48,698 nt of DNA, taken from Gemmatimonadaceae bacterium (GTDB lineage: Bacteria > Gemmatimonadota > Gemmatimonadetes > Gemmatimonadales > Gemmatimonadaceae). The notes below the pieces were generated by a model. It was not told the DNA's origin. It saw nothing but the letters and a program-made list of their open reading frames with translations, and made no database searches. Below, one piece after another: positions 1 to 9,028 of this stretch (positions are counted from its first letter, which is position 1; each line of letters opens with the position of its first letter). Made by a program: the position numbers and the translations under genes. The stretch lies in the NCBI GenBank assembly GCA_031408755.1, contig JANNWU010000497.1:1-48698 (forward strand), in the 5' to 3' direction.

Positions 1-2670
1 CTGCAGTGCGCTCTGCACCGACGACACCTGGATGTCGCGCGGGGTGGCGAAGTAGGCCAGCAGTTCGGCCTGCGTCGCGGCGGTGCCACGACCGTTGAAG
101 TTGATCGGCGCTTCGCTGGCCGGATTGTAGCAGGCGATCGCCTTGCCGGCCTTGTTCGTGGCCGGACCACCCGACGGGCAGGCGGTGGCCAGCAGCGGCT
201 CGTACAGGGAGCCGAGTGGATCGCCTTCCTTCAGGAAGCCGCGGTAGCGGAAGTAGCCGACCTTGATCGGCGGAGCGCCGCCCAGGCTGGTCAGCGTCTG
301 CTTCAAGTACGCAGCATTCGCGAACAGTTCAAGGCTGCTGTTCGCCGTGCGGATTGGGAACACGCGCAGGTTCAATTCCAAACCGTTGCCTGAGATCTCA
401 CCGATGTTCGTGAGCTGCGTGTTGCGGAAGCCACCAGACGTTGCGAACTGCCGTGTGATCAATGCATCACGGACCGTGCGATCCCAGTACGTGAATTCAA
501 GCGCGAGTCGGTTGTCGAACATACCGGCCTCAAAGCCACCCTCAATCTCGCGCGAAATTTCCGGCTTCAACTCTTCAGAACCGAGGTTCTGCGGACCCAA
601 GCCAGCTCCGAACTCTGATGTCAACGGACTAAACGTCGTGAACTTGTCGAATGCGCCAGGCTGACGGCCCGATTCACCAATGGCGGCGCGGAAACGCAGC
701 GTTGACAACGTCGTTGAATTCCACGACTTGCGATCTGATGGCACGATTGAGATAGAAGCCTTCGGATAAAACACGCCCGGCGCGTTCGCACCAAATGAAC
801 TCGCGAAGTCGTAGCGACCGCCAACGGTCAAGAACGTCCAGTCGCGCCAGCCAACCTGCGTCTGCGCGAAGTAGCCACCGTTGATCGTGGTCAGAATACC
901 TTCGCCGTTGGTAATTGCGGCACCGCCGGCACCAACCACTTCAATGCCAGGGCCGGGGAAAGCCTGCGAGGCGGCCGAGGTGGTCTTTCTATTCGTGTTG
1001 AACACCTGCAATCCCGCCACTGACTGCGTGCTCCAGCTTGAACCAATGTTGCGGTTGTAAGCAACCTTCGCATCGAGCGTTGAAATACGCGTGTTGTCGT
1101 TGAACACGCTTCGATTGCCGTCCACCGTCTGTGACGTGAACTGATCGATGTTGTACCCAAAGCGCGAGAAGCCGATTTCACGACCCGCGGTGTAGTCGTA
1201 GCCGAGCACTGCGCTCAACGTCAGGTTCTGCGTCTGCTGATACGACATATCCAGCGAGCCGAGGTAGCGTGATGCTGCCGCTTCGTTGATCTGGCCCATC
1301 GCTTCACGCGCGGTCATGAACGCCTGATTACCGAACGGATTGCCGGCACCCGTGCAACGTCCCGGACGCGCCAAGCTCGAACGGTTACAGTTTGCGAGCT
1401 CCGGACGCGCCATGAACGCGAGTGAGTTCACACCGTAAATGTTGTTGTTCGTTTCCGGCGACTTGTTCAGGATGTTGTAATAATTGTTGTTGAAGCGCAT
1501 CCGGAAATTCTTGAATGGCGTCAACGTCAAGTTGGCCGATGTCTGAATACGGCGCACTTCGTCGGTCGCCGGACCAAACTCGGTACCACCAAACGGACCG
1601 TTCTCGCTGTACAAGCGACCGCTGGCAAAGTACGTCACGTTGTTGCTGCCACCGTTTACCGTGGTGCCCAACGACGTTGCGGTGCCGGTTTCGGTAAAGT
1701 TGTCCTTGAACACATTCTGCTCAAACACTTGAAAGGGCGTGATGGTGCGGCCCCAGAAAATCGAGAGCGAATCGGCTTGACCCTGCGTGCGTGCGAAACC
1801 AGAATTTGGTGCTACACGATCCGGGAACGTGATCGCATCTTGCTGTGCCTGGAATGTCCAGCGCGGTGCGCCACTCACACCTTTCTTCGTAAAAATCTGG
1901 ATCACGCCGTTGGATGCTTCGGTGCCGTACAGCGTCGCGGCGGCTGCACCCTTCAGCACTTCCACACGTTCGATCGTGTTCGGGTCGATGTCATCCAAAC
2001 GCGTTGGAGCGCCACCACCGCCACCGGTACCAACGAAACCGGCGTTGTTGTTCATGCGCACGCCGTCAATAAAAATGATCGGCTCGTTGGACTGCGATAG
2101 CGATGAGTTTCCGCGAATACGAATCGCGGCACCCTGCCCAGACAAACCACCACCGATCACACCCACCAAGCCTGGTTCACGTGCAGTCAGCAGGTTCGAG
2201 ATGTCGTTAATCGGTGCGTTGGCCGGCGGCGTGATAACGGCAACAGTGTTGCCCAAGCGCTTCGTTTCGGTGGCCTGACCGCTGCCTGTCACAACCACTT
2301 GGTTGAGCTGAATTGCAGACGTTGTCAGGGCGAAATCTGCCTTTGCAGTCTGGCCACCCGTCAACACAACGGACTTCGACATCGGCGAATAGCCAAGTGC
2401 ACGAACACGAACTAAAACCGTGCGCGTTCCAGCGGTAATCGGCACACCTGTGATGCGGTACGTGCCCTGTGCATTCGTGATGCCACCGAGGCGCGTGTCA
2501 CTGATAAACACCGACACCGCCTCAAGCGGACGTGACGATGTGGCATCAGAGACTTTACCTTCGATGATGGCTGTCGCGCTCTGCGCATGTGCTGGAAGGA
2601 CGAATACGCCCATTCCGATCGCCAGACCCGCTACCCACAGCCGCCGTGCTCCCCACGCGATACGTCGCAT
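1..2670 (-). CDS. TonB-dependent outer-membrane receptor, SusC/RagA-like (CarboxypepD_reg-like domain + plug + barrel); C-terminus runs off the left window edge
   Basis: Absent from the ORF track because there is no stop inside the window. My reverse-strand translation starts at ATG 2670..2668, with GGAGG about 5 nt upstream. It reads MRRIAWGARRLWVAGLAIGMGVFVLPAHAQSATAIIEGKVSDATSSRPLEAVSVFISD...VRVRALGYSP, then the plug-like NEPIIFIDGVRM...IERVEVLKGAAAATLYGTEASNGVIQIFTKKG, then long barrel-like sequence. It stays open in frame to base 1 (890 codons). Confidence 0.9.
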   Translation of the reverse strand, partial: MRRIAWGARRLWVAGLAIGMGVFVLPAHAQSATAIIEGKVSDATSSRPLEAVSVFISDTRLGGITNAQGTYRITGVPITAGTRTVLVRVRALGYSPMSKSVVLTGGQTAKADFALTTSAIQLNQVVVTGSGQATETKRLGNTVAVITPPANAPINDISNLLTAREPGLVGVIGGGLSGQGAAIRIRGNSSLSQSNEPIIFIDGVRMNNNAGFVGTGGGGGAPTRLDDIDPNTIERVEVLKGAAAATLYGTEASNGVIQIFTKKGVSGAPRWTFQAQQDAITFPDRVAPNSGFARTQGQADSLSIFWGRTITPFQVFEQNVFKDNFTETGTATSLGTTVNGGSNNVTYFASGRLYSENGPFGGTEFGPATDEVRRIQTSANLTLTPFKNFRMRFNNNYYNILNKSPETNNNIYGVNSLAFMARPELANCNRSSLARPGRCTGAGNPFGNQAFMTAREAMGQINEAAASRYLGSLDMSYQQTQNLTLSAVLGYDYTAGREIGFSRFGYNIDQFTSQTVDGNRSVFNDNTRISTLDAKVAYNRNIGSSWSTQSVAGLQVFNTNRKTTSAASQAFPGPGIEVVGAGGAAITNGEGILTTINGGYFAQTQVGWRDWTFLTVGGRYDFASSFGANAPGVFYPKASISIVPSDRKSWNSTTLSTLRFRAAIGESGRQPGAFDKFTTFSPLTSEFGAGLGPQNLGSEELKPEISREIEGGFEAGMFDNRLALEFTYWDRTVRDALITRQFATSGGFRNTQLTNIGEISGNGLELNLRVFPIRTANSSLELFANAAYLKQTLTSLGGAPPIKVGYFRYRGFLKEGDPLGSLYEPLLATACPSGGPATNKAGKAIACYNPASEAPINFNGRGTAATQAELLAYFATPRDIQVSSVQSALQ

Positions 2671-2823
2671 ACCTGCCTCCGCTTTCGCCTACCTGGGTGG
2701 ATGCAAACTGCCCACAAACCGCCGTCGGTTTGTCACGATCCAATACTTCCGTACCGTGAACTACAGCTCGGCGGAACTTTTGGCAACCACTGGGGATAAC
2801 GGCGCATTTTTCGACGACGAACG

Positions 2824-2841
2824 GCGGTCTGATGAGACCGC
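2824..2841 (-). terminator. Possible weak terminator hairpin 13 nt after the ybdD stop
   Basis: GCGGTCT-GATG-AGACCGC, a 7-bp stem with a tetraloop. There is no clear U-tract on the minus strand, so it is weak or uncertain. Confidence 0.3.
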
Positions 2842-2853
2842 TCTAATTCGCGG

Positions 2854-3030
2854 CTAACAGCAGCGGGAACCGGGCCGACTGTAGCGTGCGTCTTCGCGCA
2901 TCTGAACGAACTCAGCCTTACTGAGAATCGCGCAGTTGGGATGACGCGAACTCATGTGGCGCACGTATCGGTCGTAGTCCGGCACGCCAATCACAGTTCG
3001 GAGCGTCTGTATGATCTCGCCAATTCGCAT
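2854..3030 (-). CDS. ybdD: YbdD/YjiX-family small protein (DUF466), CstA-associated
   Basis: Internal ATG of the 94-aa track ORF gives a 58-aa product: MRIGEIIQTLRTVIGVPDYDRYVRHMSSRHPNCAILSKAEFVQMREDARYSRPGSRCC. The GxPDYDxYVxHM and DARY...RCC C-terminus match the YbdD family as I recall it. It starts 4 nt after the cstA stop, which is the classic cstA-ybdD arrangement. Confidence 0.85.
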   Translation of the reverse strand: MRIGEIIQTLRTVIGVPDYDRYVRHMSSRHPNCAILSKAEFVQMREDARYSRPGSRCC

Positions 3031-3034
3031 TGGC

Positions 3035-5101
3035 TCAGTCCGCTGCGAATAGCGTGACCGACTGCTTTGGAACTTCAGTGCTGCCAAGCTCAACCTTTCC
3101 GCTGACCACCCGCACCCATGTGCGCGCCGAGTCCGCAACGATCACGATGACCGATATAAGGAAGAATGCCGCCACTGCCGCATCCAGCCGATCGTTGAAG
3201 ATCATGCGCGGCATCGCGTCCAGCGACGGCACACCTTTTGGCAGCGTGCCGGCAGCGTACAACTCGCTGAATTTTGTAGCATGCGCCAAGAAACCGATAC
3301 GCGGATCGGCGCTGAACAACTTTTGCCAGCCCGCCGTCATCACAACGATCAGCAACCACGAAAGCGGCAGCAACGTGGTCCAAGCGTAGCGCGCCTTACC
3401 CATGCGAATGATCACCGTCGTGCCAACACAGAGCGCTACTGCTGCCAACAATTGATTGGCCATGCCAAACAGCGGCCACAGTGAGTTGATACCGCCCAGC
3501 GGATCGGTCACACCCTGATACAAAAAATAGCCCCACAGCAAAACGAAAATCGCACTCGCCATCCACACCGCCGGTTGCCACGCCACATCGCGAAAACGGG
3601 GCCAAATCTGTCCGCCTAAATCCTGCAACATGAAGCGGCCTACGCGCGTTCCAGCGTCGAGTGTCGTCAGAATAAACAGCGCTTCAAACATGATTGCGAA
3701 ATGATACCAAAGCGCCATACTGCCGCCACCCAACGCGCGATCAAAGAGCTGTGCCATGCCGACCGCGAGCGATGGTGCGCCACCGGTGCGACTCAGCAAT
3801 GACGTCTCGCCAACACTCTTTGCCAGCGCATCCATTTCGCCGGGCTGCAGCACAAATCCCCATTGCTGCACTGCTAAAGCCGCGCTCTCAGCAGTTGTAC
3901 CAAGTGCGGCAATTGGTGCGTTGATCGCGAAGTACACACCGGGTGTCAGCACGCACGCCGCAATCAGCGCCATAATCGCGACTAACGACTCGGTGAGCAT
4001 AGCGCCGTATCCAATCAGCGGCGCGTCGGTCTCGCGTGACAGCAGCTTCGGCGTAGTCCCGCTGGCAATGAGCGAGTGAAATCCGCTGATTGCACCGCAA
4101 GCGATGGTGATAAAAACGAATGGGAACACTTTGCCACTAAACACGGGACCCGTGCCGTCGATGAACTGCGTCACGGCGGGCATCGCGAGCGGTGGCATCA
4201 CCACCAGAATCCCGACGGCAAGTGCAACCACCACGCCAATTTTGACAAAGGCGCTTAGATAGTCGCGCGGCGCCAGAAGCAACCACACCGGCAACACGCT
4301 GGCAGCGAATCCGTACGCCATGATCAGCAGCGCGAGCACGGGACCGGTGAGCGTGAAGAGCGGCGCCAGTGCCGGATTGTCTGCCACCCATTGCCCAGCC
4401 CACAGCGCACCGGCCAGCATCACAATGCCAATCGCGGTTGCCTCCAACACTTTGTCGGGCCGCAGATACTTCAAATACAGCCCCATGAACATGGCAATCG
4501 GCACGGTGAGACCGATGGTCACCGTTCCCCAGGGACTGGCTTTGAGCGCGTTGACGACCACCAACGCCAGCACCGAAATGAGCACGATCATGATGCCGAG
4601 TACCGCCACCAGCGCGGTGATCCCCGCCACCGGTCCGATCTCGTCCTTTGCCATCTGGCCCAGCGATCGCCCGTCACGTCGCACCGACGAGCAGAGAATC
4701 ACGAAGTCTTGAACCGCGCCGCCGAGTACCACGCCGATGATGATCCAGAGCGCACCGGGGAGATAGCCGAACTGCGCCGCCAATGTGGGCCCAACGAGCG
4801 GCCCAGGTCCCGCGATCGCCGCAAAGTGGTGGCCAAAGACCACCCACTTATTTGTCGGTACAAAGTCGTGCCCGTCCGCTTTGCGAACCGCCGGAGTTGC
4901 CCGGTCGGGATCCAGCGCGAAAATCTTCGACGCGATGAACCGCGCGTAAAATCGATAGCCCACTAGGTATGTACAGACCGCCGCGGTAAGCAGCCACGCC
5001 GCGCTGATCGTCTCTCCGCGCGACATCGCGACGCGTGCGAGCGTACCGGCGCCGACGGCGGCGATCAAACCCCAGATCAGTATCGAGCGAAGAGAGCGCA
5101 T
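3035..5101 (-). CDS. cstA: Carbon starvation protein A (CstA-family peptide/pyruvate transporter)
   Basis: 688-aa polytopic membrane protein. N-terminal region ...YRFYARFIASKIFALDPDRATPA...DGHDFVPTNKWVVFGHHFAAIAGPGPLVGP is typical CstA, and it is followed by ybdD. Confidence 0.93.
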   Translation of the reverse strand: MRSLRSILIWGLIAAVGAGTLARVAMSRGETISAAWLLTAAVCTYLVGYRFYARFIASKIFALDPDRATPAVRKADGHDFVPTNKWVVFGHHFAAIAGPGPLVGPTLAAQFGYLPGALWIIIGVVLGGAVQDFVILCSSVRRDGRSLGQMAKDEIGPVAGITALVAVLGIMIVLISVLALVVVNALKASPWGTVTIGLTVPIAMFMGLYLKYLRPDKVLEATAIGIVMLAGALWAGQWVADNPALAPLFTLTGPVLALLIMAYGFAASVLPVWLLLAPRDYLSAFVKIGVVVALAVGILVVMPPLAMPAVTQFIDGTGPVFSGKVFPFVFITIACGAISGFHSLIASGTTPKLLSRETDAPLIGYGAMLTESLVAIMALIAACVLTPGVYFAINAPIAALGTTAESAALAVQQWGFVLQPGEMDALAKSVGETSLLSRTGGAPSLAVGMAQLFDRALGGGSMALWYHFAIMFEALFILTTLDAGTRVGRFMLQDLGGQIWPRFRDVAWQPAVWMASAIFVLLWGYFLYQGVTDPLGGINSLWPLFGMANQLLAAVALCVGTTVIIRMGKARYAWTTLLPLSWLLIVVMTAGWQKLFSADPRIGFLAHATKFSELYAAGTLPKGVPSLDAMPRMIFNDRLDAAVAAFFLISVIVIVADSARTWVRVVSGKVELGSTEVPKQSVTLFAAD

Positions 5102-5210
5102 GGTGTCATTGATGGAAAGCGTACGCAGCGCGGTGAGGCTAGCAGTCGGTCACCGCCCTCGGCAAGTCGCTGCGGTGAATCTGCGGCGCGGTCGAGACTA
5201 TCTTGCGACC

Positions 5211-5948
5211 ATGCGAACACGCCCACGCTCCTCCCCGCGCCATTCGGCCGCGCTCATCGCAGCAATTGCGCTCCTGCTATCGGCCTGCGGCGGTGCACCG
5301 AAGGTGGCGACAGCACCAACGCCCGCGGTGCAACCAGCTGACACACTGCGCACGGTACAGCAGGTAGTGACACCACCGGCGATGGCGAACAACGCGCCGC
5401 CGCCACTGGGCGAATTTGCGTCGCGTAAAGTGGTGGTGTTCCCGCTGCAGAAGTACGCGGTCGGCGATTCGGGATGGATCAACGCTTCCAGTTCCACGGG
5501 GCGTCCTCGTGCGGCGCAGGTGGATTCGGCGCTCACCGCAGTCCTTCGTGAGCGAGGTTTGGATGGCACGTGGTCACTGGCTCCGAACACGTCGCGAGTT
5601 GCGCAGCGTGAAGTGATGAATCGCACCGATCCACGCAACGTGTCGACCGCCGGATTGATGCCGGGCAAACGTCCAAATGATATCGATCTGCGTGAACCGC
5701 TTGCGTCGCAACTCCGCGCGATCATTGCGATGGTTCCCGATTCACGTTTGGTGTTGCTGCCACTGGAAGTGCGAGTGCGCGCAACACCTACGGGACAGAA
5801 GCAAGCAACGTTGCGTATTGCCTTTCTGGACGGGCGCATGGCAACTGTACTTTCGTTTCCTGATGTCGTTGGACCAACTGCCGCTGACGAACGCTCGGCG
5901 GTCACTGGCGTGGCGGCAAAGTTTGCTGACTTAGTCGTTAAGCCGTAA
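5211..5948 (+). CDS. Hypothetical lipoprotein
   Basis: Track ORF 5100..5948. The internal ATG at 5211 gives MRTRPRSSPRHSAALIAAIALLLSACGG (signal peptide plus lipobox Cys). No recognisable domain. Divergent from cstA. Confidence 0.6.
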   Translation: MRTRPRSSPRHSAALIAAIALLLSACGGAPKVATAPTPAVQPADTLRTVQQVVTPPAMANNAPPPLGEFASRKVVVFPLQKYAVGDSGWINASSSTGRPRAAQVDSALTAVLRERGLDGTWSLAPNTSRVAQREVMNRTDPRNVSTAGLMPGKRPNDIDLREPLASQLRAIIAMVPDSRLVLLPLEVRVRATPTGQKQATLRIAFLDGRMATVLSFPDVVGPTAADERSAVTGVAAKFADLVVKP

Positions 5949-6020
5949 GCAATTTAGGTCGCTGATTGATTTGCATTGCATCCTGATACTTCGTTTCTCT
6001 CTCGCACTCGCAACGTTCAT

Positions 6021-7034
6021 ATGACGACCACAGTCACGCTCATTCCCGGCGACGGTATCGGTCCCGACATCACGGAAGCGACGGTTCGCGTGCTTGAGGC
6101 AGTCGGCGCCGATTTGGCGTGGGATCGTCAGATGGCGGGTGCATCTGCCGCGGCGCGCTACAACGATCCAATTCCTGAGGCAACGCTCGATTCAATCAAG
6201 AAAAATCGGATCGCGCTGAAAGGCCCGCTTGAGACGCCGGTTGGCGAAGGGTATCGCTCCGTCAATGTCGCGTTGCGCAAAACCTTTGATCTGTATGCGA
6301 ATGTGCGTCCGGCGCACGTGATCATGCACGGCGGCCGTTTCGAGAAAGTTGATATCGTGATCATTCGCGAAAATCTGGAAGGCTTGTATTACGGTGCTGA
6401 GCATTACATCCGGATTGGTGACGATCCGAAGGCGGCGGCGGAGAGCATTGCGCTGATCACGCGCTACGGTTCAGAGCGCGCAATTCGCTACGCGTTCGAG
6501 TACGCCGTGAAGCACAATCGGAAGAAGGTGACGTTGGTGCATAAGGCCAACATTCTGAAGTACACGCAGGGATTGTTTCTTGACGTGGGTCGTGAAATTG
6601 CGAAAGAGTATCACGGTCGTGTGCAGTTTGAAGATCGGATCATTGACGCGATGGCGATGCAGTTAGTGCTCAAACCAGAAGTCTTCGATGTGATCGTGAC
6701 GACCAATTTGTTTGGTGATATTCTGTCTGATTTGGTCTCAGGATTGGTGGGTGGGCTTGGGCTTGCACCGGGCGCAAACATTGGGCCGACCGCGGCAATT
6801 TTTGAAGCGGTGCACGGTACGGCGCCGGATATCGCGGGCAAGGGTGTGGCCAATCCAGGCGCGCTGATTCTGGCGGCGTGTTTGATGCTCGATCACCTTG
6901 GCGATACGGAGCGCGCGGAACGTGTGCGCAATGCATTGCACGCGGTGATTGACGAGAAGAAAGTGTTGACCAAGGATCTGGGCGGGACGGCAAGTACGCA
7001 GCAGTTTGCTGACGCGATCATCGCCAAGCTTTAA
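6021..7034 (+). CDS. Isocitrate/isopropylmalate dehydrogenase family, most like NAD-dependent isocitrate dehydrogenase
   Basis: MTTTVTLIPGDGIGPDITEA...LKGPLETPVGEGYRSVNVALRKTFDLYANVRP...NLFGDILSDL...GLAPGANIG, the hallmark motifs of beta-decarboxylating dehydrogenases. Start taken at ATG 6021 (M16 of the track ORF). Confidence 0.85.
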   Translation: MTTTVTLIPGDGIGPDITEATVRVLEAVGADLAWDRQMAGASAAARYNDPIPEATLDSIKKNRIALKGPLETPVGEGYRSVNVALRKTFDLYANVRPAHVIMHGGRFEKVDIVIIRENLEGLYYGAEHYIRIGDDPKAAAESIALITRYGSERAIRYAFEYAVKHNRKKVTLVHKANILKYTQGLFLDVGREIAKEYHGRVQFEDRIIDAMAMQLVLKPEVFDVIVTTNLFGDILSDLVSGLVGGLGLAPGANIGPTAAIFEAVHGTAPDIAGKGVANPGALILAACLMLDHLGDTERAERVRNALHAVIDEKKVLTKDLGGTASTQQFADAIIAKL

Positions 7035-7047
7035 TCAGGGACTTCGC

Positions 7048-7869
7048 GTGCCGCGCATTCTGCATGTGTCCGATCTGCACTTTGGCCGACCGGCCGTGCC
7101 GCTTCAGATTGACGCGATTGAGCTGCTGATTCAGGATGAGCAGTTCGATGTAGTCGCGGTGAGCGGCGATGTGAGTCAGCGCGCGCGTACGGGGGAATTC
7201 CAGCGTGCGCAGGTGTTCTTGCGCGATGCCGCGAAGGTCAGCGCGACAATTGTCGTCCCCGGGAATCACGACGTCGCGTGGTGGAACGCGCCGCTGGGTG
7301 TCGGCGACAAGAGTGCACTCTACGCCGACTACCGCGCATTTATCAACGACGAGATTGAGCCGGTGGTTGATGTAGATGGTGCGAGGCTGGTGGGATTAAA
7401 CACCAGTCATGGCATCACCCGGCGCACGCTAACGTGGAACATGCGTGATCTGAGCGTGATCGGTGACGTGACGCGCTCACAACTGACACGGTTGCGCGCT
7501 CGTCTGGATGCGTCGCCGGCGGATGCCGCAAAAATTGTGGTGATGCATCACAATCCAGTGCGCGGTGAGCTGAGTCAGCGTCACGGATTAAAGCATACGA
7601 AAAAAGTCCTCGGTGCCTTCGCTGAGATGGATGTGGATCTGGTGCTCTGTGGGCACGATCATCAGGAAGCGATTCACTATGTGGAGCATACGAAAAAGGG
7701 CACGGTTATTTCGACGGCAGGTACAGTGAGCAGCCGGTCGCGCGGTGGACGGTTGTCGAGTGTGAACTGCATCGATATCACTGATGACGAGATACATATT
7801 GTGACGTGGATCTGGGAACCATCCGCTCGACGCTTTGGGCCTGGACCGGTGAAGGTGTTCGCGCGGTGA
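7048..7869 (+). CDS. Calcineurin-like metallophosphoesterase
   Basis: Motifs ILHVSDLHFG, VSGDVS, VPGNHD, VVMHHNP and LCGHDHQ. Start is either GTG 7048 or ATG 7006; the latter overlaps the upstream gene by 29 nt. Confidence 0.8.
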   Translation: MPRILHVSDLHFGRPAVPLQIDAIELLIQDEQFDVVAVSGDVSQRARTGEFQRAQVFLRDAAKVSATIVVPGNHDVAWWNAPLGVGDKSALYADYRAFINDEIEPVVDVDGARLVGLNTSHGITRRTLTWNMRDLSVIGDVTRSQLTRLRARLDASPADAAKIVVMHHNPVRGELSQRHGLKHTKKVLGAFAEMDVDLVLCGHDHQEAIHYVEHTKKGTVISTAGTVSSRSRGGRLSSVNCIDITDDEIHIVTWIWEPSARRFGPGPVKVFAR

Positions 7870-8693
7870 TTGCGTGGCTGACGCGCAAATTTTCTCGCGA
7901 TCCTGGGCAACTGGGATTGTTTGACGTTGGGCAGCTGGCGCGGGTTGTCAGAGTAGCGCCAAGCGATGTCGCGCCTGCACCTGCGCCGGAATCGCGTGCG
8001 TCGCGCCCTGTCGCCGATGTGCAGTGTGATGCGGGCACAGACGGCGAACGCAACTCGCGTGGTGCGGGAGATCCTGCGGCGTTGCTGGCGCGCTTACAGT
8101 CGCACGGATTGCGTGGTGTGCAACAGCTTGTGTTGACGCGAAATCGTCGGACGATGGTCAGTCTTGCGGCGGGTGTGTTGCGTGTGCACGAAGCATTTGC
8201 GGACGCACCAGCTGATGTGCACATCGCGATTGCGGTATTCGCGACGTCGCGGAATCGTGCGCGTCGGACCGCGGCGCGCAATGTGATCATCACGTTCCCG
8301 GTGCCTATGCGTCCGGCGCGTCGTCGGCCGGCGGTGCAACATGCGGATGATCTACCGATTTCGGCGCGATTGACCGTGCTGCATGCGTCGCTGAATGCTG
8401 AGCATTTTGGCGGGACGCTTGTGCGGCTGGAGATTCAGGTGTCACGTCGGTTGGCGCGCAGGCTTGGGCATTACACGCCCCGTGCGATGACTGGTCGGGA
8501 GGGGGAGATTGTGCTGTCTCGCCGTCATGTGATGCGCGATGGATGGGTGGAGGCGGAGCACACGTTACTACATGAAATGGTGCATCAGTGGCAGGACGAG
8601 ACGGGGCGGCCGATTGATCACGGTGCTGGGTTTCGGGCGAAGTGTCGTGCGGTTGGAATTGAAGCGGCGGCGACGCGGATGATCGCGCGGTGA
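7866..8693 (+). CDS. SprT-like zinc-metallopeptidase-domain protein
   Basis: C-terminal ...LNAEHFGGTLVRLEIQVSRRLARRLGHYTP...IVLSRRHV...EHTLLHEMVHQWQ (HExxH) fits the SprT-like fold. GTG 7866 overlaps the upstream TGA (GTGA). The track start at 7806 is also possible. Confidence 0.7.
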   Translation: MIAWLTRKFSRDPGQLGLFDVGQLARVVRVAPSDVAPAPAPESRASRPVADVQCDAGTDGERNSRGAGDPAALLARLQSHGLRGVQQLVLTRNRRTMVSLAAGVLRVHEAFADAPADVHIAIAVFATSRNRARRTAARNVIITFPVPMRPARRRPAVQHADDLPISARLTVLHASLNAEHFGGTLVRLEIQVSRRLARRLGHYTPRAMTGREGEIVLSRRHVMRDGWVEAEHTLLHEMVHQWQDETGRPIDHGAGFRAKCRAVGIEAAATRMIAR

Positions 8694-8730
8694 TGTGACG
8701 TGGTGCGACGTGGTGCGACGTGGTGCGCGG
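8691..8730. repeat. Tandem decamer repeat (TGGTGCGACG-like, about 4 copies)
   Basis: tgatgtgacg tggtgcgacg tggtgcgacg tggtgcgcgg, read directly from the sequence. It begins at the SprT-like stop codon. Confidence 0.8.
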
Positions 8731-8790
8731 GTGGTCCGGGGCTGAGATTTCTGGTGAGCGGTGCGGTGAGCGTGCGCAGTGGAAGGGAGT

Positions 8791-8980
8791 TGAACGGCTT
8801 TGACGCAAGGCGCTTCGCGACCGCAAAGGCGCAAAACTGCTGAACGGCTTTGATGTCAGGCGGTGGTATGCTGAAAGGCTTTGATGTGAGGCGGGAGAAT
8901 GCTGAACTGCTTTGACGCAAGGCGCTTCGCGCCCGCAAAGGCGCAAAACTGATGAACTGCAAAAATGATGAACGCGTGAT
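8791..8980. repeat. Nested direct-repeat array A(50)-B(31)-B'(31)-A'(50) plus two short partial units, all starting TGAAMNGC
   Basis: 8791-8840 and 8903-8952 match at 47/50 positions. 8841-8871 and 8872-8902 match at 26/31. All four share the core TGAAC(G/T)GCTTTGA(C/T)G..AGGCG. TGAACTGC (8953) and TGAACGCG (8967) follow. The array lies 50-240 nt upstream of the amidohydrolase start. Confidence 0.85.
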
Positions 8981-9028
8981 GTTTCGGGGATGGTGTGCTG
9001 TGTCTTTTCACATTTTTTGGGGATACGT

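Noticed and set aside
2854-3030. Selenocysteine recoding in the YbdD-like protein (some family members are annotated as CstA-associated selenoproteins)
   Set aside because: The protein ends ...GSRCC with ordinary Cys codons followed by a stop. There is no in-frame TGA within the ORF and no obvious SECIS-like hairpin.
8791-8952. CRISPR array
   Set aside because: The units are contiguous with no unique spacers, come in two different lengths (50 and 31 nt), and are imperfect. There are no cas genes in the window.
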